Of a stretch of DNA of 64,000 nt, positions 1 to 8,715 are shown in pieces. Every line of letters begins with the position of its first letter. Position 1 is the first letter of the stretch. The notes beneath the pieces were generated by a model that saw only the letters and a list, made by a program, of their open reading frames with translations, searched no databases and was not told the DNA's origin. The position numbers were made by a program, and so were the translations under genes. Source of the stretch: Balanoglossus misakiensis (lineage: Eukaryota > Animalia > Hemichordata); the NCBI GenBank assembly GCA_040954595.2, contig CM082577.2, positions 15,445,903 through 15,509,902 on the forward strand, read 5' to 3'.

Positions 1-83
1 TGCCATTGGAGAGCTCCATTGACTGGTCATTCATACTGTTTTCATTCATTCATTGCGGCATCAATATATTTTATCTATTCTAG

Positions 84-234
84 CCAAAGAGCTTGGCACC
101 TGTTGAAATGAACTCATCTGCTGTGGGCCAGTTTATTGGTGGCAGTTGAGCTGAGGAGAGCACCTTCCTTCCCGGCACGCCACCAAGTAAAGTTCCACGC
201 CGCCCACCACAGATGCCAGCATTCATTCATGCGA
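84..234 (+). ncRNA. Representative 151-nt non-coding exon-like hairpin segment, present in every array unit
   Basis: Preceded by tattttatctattctAG and followed by GTGAGT. TGA stops occur in all three + frames. Fold-back pairing: 115-128 with 202-215, 132-143 with 179-191, 150-158 with 168-176. Transcription is inferred, not shown. Confidence 0.5.
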
Positions 235-815
235 GTGAGTGTAATTGCAAATTTGCCTATTCTAGATTCTTACGTGCCATTGGAGAGCTCCATTGACTGG
301 TCATTCATACTGTTTTCATTCATTCATTGCGGCATCAATATATTTTATCTATTCTAGCCAAAGAGCTTGGCACCTGTTGAAATGAACTCATCTGCTGTGG
401 GCCAGTTTATTGGTGGCAGTTGAGCTGAGGAGAGCACCTTCCTTCCCGGCACGCCACCAAGTAAAGTTCCACGCCGCCCACCACAGATGCCAGCATTCAT
501 TCATGCGAGTGAGTGTAATTGCAAATTTGCCTATTCTAGAATCTTACGTGCCATTGGAGAGCTCCATTGACTGGTCATTCATACTGTTTTCATTCATTCA
601 TTGCGGCATCAATATATTTTATCTATTCTAGCCAAAGAGCTTGGCACCTGTTGAAATGAACTCATCTGCTGTGGGCCAGTTTATTGGTGGCAGTTGAGCT
701 GAGGAGAGCACCTTCCTTCCCGGCACGCCACCAAGTAAAGTTCCACGCCGCCCACCACAGATGCCAGCATTCATTCATGCGAGTGAGTGTAATTGCAAAT
801 TTGCCTATTCTAGAT

Positions 816-992
816 CTGTAATGGAAATGGAGAAAGTACCTTATATTTTCTGTAAAATAGACATTTAATTGGCAAGCCGTCCTGCATCAATTATTAATTG
901 TGTACATGCACTAAAGCGCCCTCACTGCTGGGTGTGTTGTATGGTCTTTAACCCTGTTTCAAATTAGAGTACTTTCTGCAATTTCAAGACAG
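816..992. mobile_element. Representative 177-bp MITE-like insert present in every 452-bp unit
   Basis: Left end ctgtaatggaaatggagaaagtac vs reverse complement of right end ctgtcttgaaattgcagaaagtac (19/24 identical). Flanked by AT on both sides (tagAT|ctgt...acag|ATctta). Absent from the short units. Confidence 0.75.
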
Positions 993-3900
993 ATCTTACG
1001 TGCCATTGGAGAGCTCCATTGACTGGTCATTCATACTGTTTTCATTCATTCATTGCGGCATCAATATATTTTATCTATTCTAGCCAAAGAGCTTGGCACC
1101 TGTTGAAATGAACTCATCTGCTGTGGGCCAGTTTATTGGTGGCAGTTGAGCTGAGGAGAGCACCTTCCTTCCCGGCACGCCACCAAGTAAAGTTCCACGC
1201 CGCCCACCACAGATGCCAGCATTCATTCATGCGAGTGAGTGTAATTGCAAATTTGCCTATTCTAGATCTGTAATGGAAATGGAGAAAGTACCTTATATTT
1301 TCTGTAAAATAGACATTTAATTGGCAAGCCGTCCTGCATCAATTATTAATTGTGTACATGCACTAAAGCGCCCTCACTGCTGGGTGTGTTGTATGGTCTT
1401 TAACCCTGTTTCAAATTAGAGTACTTTCTGCAATTTCAAGACAGATCTTACGTGCCATTGGAGAGCTCCATTGACTGGTCATTCATACTGTTTTCATTCA
1501 TTCATTGCGGCATCAATATATTTTATCTATTCTAGCCAAAGAGCTTGGCACCTGTTGAAATGAACTCATCTGCTGTGGGCCAGTTTATTGGTGGCAGTTG
1601 AGCTGAGGAGAGCACCTTCCTTCCCGGCACGCCACCAAGTAAAGTTCCACGCCGCCCACCACAGATGCCAGCATTCATTCATGCGAGTGAGTGTAATTGC
1701 AAATTTGCCTATTCTAGATCTGTAATGGAAATGGAGAAAGTACCTTATATTTTCTGTAAAATAGACATTTAATTGGCAAGCCGTCCTGCATCAATTATTA
1801 ATTGTGTACATGCACTAAAGCGCCCTCACTGCTGGGTGTGTTGTATGGTCTTTAACCCTGTTTCAAATTAGAGTACTTTCTGCAATTTCAAGACAGATCT
1901 TACGTGCCATTGGAGAGCTCCATTGACTGGTCATTCATACTGTTTTCATTCATTCATTGCGGCATCAATATATTTTATCTATTCTAGCCAAAGAGCTTGG
2001 CACCTGTTGAAATGAACTCATCTGCTGTGGGCCAGTTTATTGGTGGCAGTTGAGCTGAGGAGAGCACCTTCCTTCCCGGCACGCCACCAAGTAAAGTTCC
2101 ACGCCGCCCACCACAGATGCCAGCATTCATTCATGCGAGTGAGTGTAATTGCAAATTTGCCTATTCTAGATCTGTAATGGAAATGGAGAAAGTACCTTAT
2201 ATTTTCTGTAAAATAGACATTTAATTGGCAAGCCGTCCTGCATCAATTATGAATTGTGTACATGCACTAAAGCGCCCTCACTGCTGGGTGTGTTGTATGG
2301 TCTTTAACCCTGTTTCAAATTAGAGTACTTTCTGCAATTTCAAGACAGATCTTACGTGCCATTGGAGAGCTCCATTGACTGGTCATTCATACTGTTTTCA
2401 TTCATTCATTGCGGCATCAATATATTTTATCTATTCTAGCCAAAGAGCTTGGCACCTGTTGAAATGAACTCATCTGCTGTGGGCCAGTTTATTGGTGGCA
2501 GTTGAGCTGAGAAGAGCACCTTCCTTCCCGGCACGCCACCAAGTAAAGTTCCACGCCGCCCACCACAGATGCCAGCATTCATTCATGCGAGTGAGTGTAA
2601 TTGCAAATTTGCCTATTCTAGATCTGTAATGGAAATGGAGAAAGTACCTTATATTTTCTGTAAAATAGACATTTAATTGGCAAGCCGTCCTGCATCAATT
2701 ATGAATTGTGTACATGCACTAAAGCGCCCTCACTGCTGGGTGTGTTGTATGGTCTTTAACCCTGTTTCAAATTAGAGTACTTTCTGCAATTTCAAGACAG
2801 ATCTTACGTGCCATTGGAGAGCTCCATTGACTGGTCATTCATACTGTTTTCATTCATTCATTGCGGCATCAATATATTTTATCTATTCTAGCCAAAGAGC
2901 TTGGCACCTGTTGAAATGAACTCATCTGCTGTGGGCCAGTTTATTGGTGGCAGTTGAGCTGAGCAGAGCACCTTCCTTCCCGGCACGCCACCAAGTAAAG
3001 TTCCACGCCGCCCACCACAGATGCCAGCATTCATTCATGCGAGTGAGTGTAATTGCAAATTTGCCTATTCTAGATCTGTAATGGAAATGGAGAAAGTACC
3101 TTATATTTTCTGTAAAATAGACATTTAATTGGCAAGCCGTCCTGCATCAATTATGAATTGTGTACATGCACTAAAGCGCCCTCACTGCTGGGTGTGTTGT
3201 ATGGTCTTTAACCCTGTTTCAAATTAGAGTACTTTCTGCAATTTCAAGACAGATCTTACGTGCCATTGGAGAGCTCCATTGACTGGTCATTCATACTGTT
3301 TTCATTCATTCATTGCGGCATCAATATATTTTATCTATTCTAGCCAAAGAGCTTGGCACCTGTTGAAATGAACTCATCTGCTGTGGGCCAGTTTATTGGT
3401 GGCAGTTGAGCTGAGAAGAGCACCTTCCTTCCCGGCACGCCACCAAGTAAAGTTCCACGCCGCCCACCACAGATGCCAGCATTCATTCATGCGAGTGAGT
3501 GTAATTGCAAATTTGCCTATTCTAGATCTGTAATGGAAATGGAGAAAGTACCTTATATTTTCTGTAAAATAGACATTTAATTGGCAAGCCGTCCTGCATC
3601 AATTATGAATTGTGTACATGCACTAAAGCGCCCTCACTGCTGGGTGTGTTGTATGGTCTTTAACCCTGTTTCAAATTAGAGTACTTTCTGCAATTTCAAG
3701 ACAGATCTTACGTGCCATTGGAGAGCTCCATTGACTGGTCATTCATACTGTTTTCATTCATTCATTGCGGCATCAATATATTTTATCTATTCTAGCCAAA
3801 GAGCTTGGCACCTGTTGAAATGAACTCATCTGCTGTGGGCCAGTTTATTGGTGGCAGTTGAGCTGAGGAGAGCACCTTCCTTCCCGGCACGCCACCAAGT

Positions 3901-4237
3901 AAAGTTCCACGCCGCCCACCACAGATGCCAGCATTCATTCATGCGAGTGAGTGTAATTGCAAATTTGCCTATTCTAGATCTGTAATGGAAATGGAGAAAG
4001 TACCTTATATTTTCTGTAAAATAGACATTTAATTGGCAAGCCGTCCTGCATCAATTATTAATTGTGTACATGCACTAAAGCGCCCTCACTGCTGGGTGTG
4101 TTGTATGGTCTTTAACCCTGTTTCAAATTAGAGTACTTTCTGCAATTTCAAGACAGATCTTACGTGCCATTGGAGAGCTCCATTGACTGGTCATTCATAC
4201 TGTTTTCATTCATTCATTGCGGCATCAATATATTTTA

Positions 4238-4661
4238 CAGCCGAAATTATGAAAGGTCGCCGATTCAATATGTGATCTAGACGTCCTGTGTGCACTGAAC
4301 ACACGATGTGTTTATCTAACACAAACAACAGAACCTCTCATAAAAGAGATGCGGTATCATTAGACTAATTACAGATGGTAGTCTGGAAACACGCTCCCCC
4401 TCAGAGAGAGTTGTTTACTTGGGTACGATGTCAAAGTTTAATCTCAAAGTGTATACGCTTTATGTTGAGAGTGTACCCAAGTAAACAACTCTCTCTGAGG
4501 GGGAGCGTGTTTCCAGACTACCATCTGTAATTAGTCTAATGATACCGCATCTCTTTTATGAGAGGTTCTGTTGTTTGTGTTAGATAAACACATCGTGTGT
4601 TCAGTGCACACAGGACGTCTAGATCACATATTGAATCGGCGACCTTTCATAATTTCGGCTG
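4238..4661. mobile_element. 424-bp MITE with 189-bp TIRs and TA target-site duplication (Tc1/mariner-type signature)
   Basis: 4238-4426 is the reverse complement of 4473-4661 around a 46-bp spacer. Termini are CAG...CTG. The empty site tatttTAtctattc is visible in all other units, and TA is duplicated at 4236-4237 and 4662-4663. Confidence 0.95.
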
Positions 4662-4776
4662 TATCTATTCTAGCCAAAGAGCTTGGCACCTGTTGAAATG
4701 AACTCATCTGCTGTGGGCCAGTTTATTGGTGGCAGTTGAGCTGAGGAGAGCACCTTCCTTCCCGGCACGCCACCAA

Positions 4777-6582
4777 GTACAGTTCCACGTGCATTCCTGG
4801 CCCTGGTTTTATTTATGTTTACAGACAATATTGCATTTTTGTACAAGTATTTTAATCAACTATAAATTTTGAATGTGTCATTTACCTGAACCGGTCATGT
4901 TGACCAGAATGATACATTTCTGCCTTCACTCACCCTATAAATATGTGATTGAGACATAGGTCATTTGCATAAGCTAACATACCAGAAAGTAAGCATATCT
5001 GTTGTTTTCCCTGTGTCACTGCCATCAAAGTAAAAATTAGACGTTGTGTAGAGCAAACTCCAATTTTTTGTTCTCAATAAACATGGATGAATTACATAGA
5101 ATGTGTTTGTTGTTTACAGTCTTTAAATGACACATTAGATTATGCACTTTACAAAACGTTTCTGAGAAACAAGTGACTAACTAGTTTCTTTCCACTGTGG
5201 CCAACGTGGTTCACTGTTTGTGTCAGAATCTCTCTGTTTTGCAAGGATTTTGAAATCATAGTGGTGACATGCATAGTGAAAATCAGCTACTTTCAAATGT
5301 CCGTCATGTTCATGCTGTAATTGAATTTTCAAAGCTGGGCTGGCGTGTTTTTTCTTATTTACATAAGTATCACACTTTATACATGTATCTTCATGGGGTT
5401 TTTTGAGTCCCGTATTTAGGTCCTCTCTCACAATTTTACGAAATATCGTATAACTGACAGTTGTTCTTCCCAGAAGAGATTGGTTGGTTATGAACTCTCG
5501 GTGTAACTGCGATATACTGTGGGCCGGCGCCAGGTACGGTTTAAATCGAGGATTCCTGCAGTAGTGAGATTCTACAATTCTGTGCCTGCGTACGTGTTCA
5601 GTGATATCAGTCAGCAAATTTGGATTGAGTTTCCGACGATGCCCTTTGTGTCGGCCCCTTGCATCTGGCATCAGACCAGTAAAGTTCCATGTGCATTCCT
5701 GGCCCTGGTTTTATTTATGTTTACAGACAATATTGCATTTTTGTACAAGTATTTTAATCAACTATAAATTTTGAATGTGTCATTTACCTGAACCGGTCAT
5801 GTTGACCAGAATGATACATTTCTGCCTTCACTCACCCTATAAATATGTGATTGAGACATAGGTCATTTGCATAAGCTAACATACCAGAAAGTAAGCATAT
5901 CTGATGTTTTCCCTGTGTCACTGCCATCAAAGTAAAAATTAGACGTTGTGTAGAGCAAACTCCAATTTTTTGTTCTCAATAAACATGGATGAATTACATA
6001 GAATGTGTTTGTTGTTTACAGTCTTTAAATGACACATTAGATTATGCACTTTACAAAACGTTTCTGAGAAACAAGTGACTAACTAGTTTCTTTCCACTGT
6101 GGCCAACGTGGTTCACTGTTTGTGTCAGAATCTCTCTGTTTTGCAAGGATTTTGAAATCATAGTGGTGACATGCATAGTGAAAATCAGCTACTTTCAAAT
6201 GTCCGTCATGTTCATGCTGTAATTGAATTTTCAAAGCTGGGCTGGCGTGTTTTTTCTTATTTACATAAGTATCACACTTTATACATGTATCTTCATGGGG
6301 TTTTCTGAGTCCCGTATTTAGGTCCTCTCTCACAATTTTACGAAATATCGTATAACTGACAGTTGTTCTTCCCAGAAGAGATTGGTTGGTTATGAACTCT
6401 CGGTGTAACTGCGATATACTGTGGTCCGGCGCCAGGTACGGTTTAAATCGAGGATTCCTGCAGTAGTGAGATTCTACAATTCTGTGCCTGCGTACGTGTT
6501 CAGTGATATCAGTCAGCAAATTTGGATTGAGTTTCCGACGATGCCCTTTGTGTCGGCCCCTTGCATCTGGCATCAGACCAGT
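4777..6582. repeat. 902-bp tandem duplication of the 3' half and 3' flank of the minus-strand gene
   Basis: 4777-5680 matches 5679-6582 with a few substitutions. The two ORF stops at 5177 and 6079 are 902 bp apart. Confidence 0.95.
5177..5680 (-). pseudogene. 5'-truncated duplicate of the N-terminal transposase-half gene (164 aa from an internal Met)
   Basis: Identical to the last 164 aa of 6079-7035 except PDH>PAH and LRK>LKK. It has no own promoter or N-terminus. Confidence 0.8.
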
Positions 6583-7035
6583 TGAACAGTGCATCATTTT
6601 GCTTAGAACGGTTCTAGTCCGCCTCTCACTAATGCCAAATAATTTCAGGAATGCATTTTTGCAGACAGTAACCGTTTCACCGCCTTCATTCACCAGGTGA
6701 TAACGAACCGATTTCTTGTGTGACTTCATCTGCATATCCATCAGTTTGTAGAGCATCAAGTTCTGTTCATTATACACGCGACCATCAAAATATTTTCTCG
6801 TGGTGCCTAAAACATGCGTACTCCCAAGCTTCCGCAGACAATTCCCTTGAACGCAGGCGCATTCCAAGGAAAGACTGTCAATATCTGGAAAAGGGCGATT
6901 TTTCCTTGGTTTTTGTCTCGGACACGTCTTTTTAGAATTCCTACGTGGCTTGTTGGCTCGAGCTGACAGTTCGGTTCTGCGTTGCTGCCACACAGGAATG
7001 GGTTCCCACGCATAAGCAACTCCCCGGCAGGCCAT
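6079..7035 (-). CDS. Sola1-like transposase N-terminal (Cys/His-rich DNA-binding) half, ~318 aa, no catalytic domain
   Basis: Motifs CxCxxxxC, VCKxAFLxLFGISxxR, DxRGxH, ESHYxR...YL, VSYxxFxKI, PxxDTCxxCD and HxxxA, which normally lie upstream of the DDD core in one polypeptide. ATG at 7035 (accATGG). Minus-strand AATAAA near 5710-5715. Confidence 0.8.
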   Translation of the reverse strand: MACRGVAYAWEPIPVWQQRRTELSARANKPRRNSKKTCPRQKPRKNRPFPDIDSLSLECACVQGNCLRKLGSTHVLGTTRKYFDGRVYNEQNLMLYKLMDMQMKSHKKSVRYHLVNEGGETVTVCKNAFLKLFGISERRTRTVLSKMMHCSTGLMPDARGRHKGHRRKLNPNLLTDITEHVRRHRIVESHYCRNPRFKPYLAPDHSISQLHREFITNQSLLGRTTVSYTIFRKIVREDLNTGLRKPHEDTCIKCDTYVNKKKHASPALKIQLQHEHDGHLKVADFHYACHHYDFKILAKQRDSDTNSEPRWPQWKETS

Positions 7036-7082
7036 GGTCACAGCTGAAGTATTTGTTCAAGTACTGACTGACTAAACGCGGC

Positions 7083-8216
7083 ATGGAACAAACGAACGAA
7101 CGACTTCACGTTCGGAAAAAAAATCGTTGCGAGCTGTTGGGTGCATGCCTCTATAGTTGTCGGCAACCGTTCTTTTTTATTGCTAAACAATGCTGTCAGA
7201 GCATGGAAGGTGTGGTGGAAAACGAACAGAGGTTTTGTACGACCAACGATTGGATGGTGCTACATATGGACTTCCACAAGTCATTGCCGGTTCCTAAACT
7301 CAGCTCTGAAGACTTTTACTTTAAATCGAAATTGCAAATGAAGCTCCTTGGAATTTACAACGGGACAACGGAAAAGATGCATTGTTATGTATGGACAGAG
7401 CTCGATAGCAGAAAGTCTCCCGATGAAGTTATTACCTGTCTAAATCACTTTTTTTATAACTCGGGTGTGACCAGCAGACATGCAGTTATTTACAGCGACA
7501 ACTGCCGTGCCGAATTCAAGTGTGGGAAGTTAATGTTTTACTATGACTATCTGTTACGAAAGGGCGTGTTTCGACGAATTGACTATAAAACTCTTGTGGC
7601 TGGACACACGTACTCCACCTGTGACCGAGTTTTTGCGTCCATTGAAAGGCATGCAAGTCGTTTCCAGAGTATAGAGACACCTCACGATTGGACATCTGTG
7701 ATTCGAGGATCTTCTCTGAATGGGAACATTGGAGTTACGGAGATGACTCACAGAGACTTTTTCAATTATTCTGATTTCCTGAAAAATGAGTACGTTGTGC
7801 GTTATGCAGATACAAACAATGTAACTTTTTACTACCAAGCCATGCACTATTTTAATTTTGGAGAAGGAGAAAGGCTTGATACCGACGGCAACCTCAGAAC
7901 ATTTAGTCATGCAGATAAAGTTTGGGTGAGAACATCTCTAGATCCAAGCGAGACCCCGATTGTAGTCGACTTTAGAAAGAAGAAGCAGAACCGGCGTTTA
8001 CAAGATTGTACGCTGAACAAACTTTATCAGGAACGTCGACCACTGGCGAGCAAAGTTTGGCGGGATCTTCAGAGTTTAGCCAAAAATTACCTGTCTCCGG
8101 AGGCAATAGAATTTTATAGGAATCTACCGCTTCAGGAGAGTAGTGGCACCTCTGCAGACCCGTACGCCTTTCATGATGATGACGACGACGATGATGATGA
8201 TATGGGCGGTGGTTGA
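7083..8216 (+). CDS. Sola1-like DDD transposase catalytic half, 377 aa (alternative start at 7203), acidic C-terminal tail
   Basis: MDFHKSLPVP (D63), FYFKSKL, CYVWTE...EVITCL, YSDNC (D139), GHTYSTCDRVFASIE (D181), P..W..VI, K..DL..L...L...A.EFY. AATAAA overlaps the stop at 8216-8221. Confidence 0.85.
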   Translation: MEQTNERLHVRKKNRCELLGACLYSCRQPFFFIAKQCCQSMEGVVENEQRFCTTNDWMVLHMDFHKSLPVPKLSSEDFYFKSKLQMKLLGIYNGTTEKMHCYVWTELDSRKSPDEVITCLNHFFYNSGVTSRHAVIYSDNCRAEFKCGKLMFYYDYLLRKGVFRRIDYKTLVAGHTYSTCDRVFASIERHASRFQSIETPHDWTSVIRGSSLNGNIGVTEMTHRDFFNYSDFLKNEYVVRYADTNNVTFYYQAMHYFNFGEGERLDTDGNLRTFSHADKVWVRTSLDPSETPIVVDFRKKKQNRRLQDCTLNKLYQERRPLASKVWRDLQSLAKNYLSPEAIEFYRNLPLQESSGTSADPYAFHDDDDDDDDDMGGG

Positions 8217-8376
8217 ATAAACTGTCCTTTTCATGACGACAGTGATTTTGGATATTTGATGTGCGTGCACAGTTTATATGTAATATTTTCACACGAACGA
8301 GTTTTGACTGAATTTGATTAAAGAATGTACTCGATAATTAACAAATGTGCTGAATCGTGGTTATTATGTTGTTAAT

Positions 8377-8417
8377 TTTTGTTTGTTTGTTTGTTTGTTT
8401 GTTTGTTTGTTTGTTTG
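8377..8417. repeat. (GTTT)n microsatellite
   Basis: About 10 tandem tttg/gttt units; repeated in cassette copy 2 near 24203-24243. Confidence 0.9.
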
Positions 8418-8550
8418 TAAACAATTTCCGTTCATTCAACTGGCTACAAAGTTGGATTTTTGTACTGGGAAGCGATAAACTCGCACATCAAAACCGGGGA
8501 GACTCGATCATTTTTCCCTGCAGGTAGCCTGAAAAGCACCCGGGCAGAGA

Positions 8551-8624
8551 TTACGTCATATATGGTCCACTTTAATACGAAATTATGCAAATGTGACATT
8601 TCACGGAAACGGCGTATATAAAAG
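8551..8624 (+). promoter_or_regulatory. Putative Pol II promoter of the wH-SET gene
   Basis: CRE-like TTACGTCA 8551-8558, octamer ATGCAAAT 8585-8592 and TATATAAAAG 8615-8624, about 90 bp upstream of aacATGG at 8716. Confidence 0.55.
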
Positions 8625-8715
8625 CGACCCTGGGCTATTGTTCGGAATGCGTCATCGACGAGAGAGTGACTGATAATTCTTCTACCTCGAGTCAACCATT
8701 CTGTATATACTGAAC

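Larger units (their letters stand above)
1..4789 (+). repeat. Tandem array segment 1 (274-bp and 452-bp units), interrupted by a MITE at 4238-4661
   Basis: Unit starting tgccattggagagctcc recurs at 1, 275, 549 (period 274), then 1001, 1453, etc. (period 452). It ends mid-unit at ...caagtacagttccacg (4789). Confidence 0.98.

Noticed and set aside
84-234. Repetitive protein (PKSLAPVEMNSS...*AEESTFLPG...) with TGA read as selenocysteine
   Set aside because: The exon is 151 nt, so the frame shifts on each splice, and the other frames also have stops. No SECIS was identified.
136-357. Repeated 70-73 aa ORFs (MVAVELRR...) and the 63-aa minus ORF in short units
   Set aside because: They start at non-ATG codons, appear only according to which scar sets the frame, cross the putative splice donor, and show no recognisable domain.
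6079-8216. RAG1/RAG2-like (ProtoRAG/Transib) gene pair
   Set aside because: Neither protein shows RAG1 core or kelch/PHD motifs, the orientation is divergent rather than convergent, and no CACAGTG-type ends were seen.
6503-8695. Small overlapping or antisense ORFs (6503, 6720, 6807, 7141, 7554, 7972, 8444)
   Set aside because: They are shadows of the two transposase-half genes or promoter DNA, without motifs.
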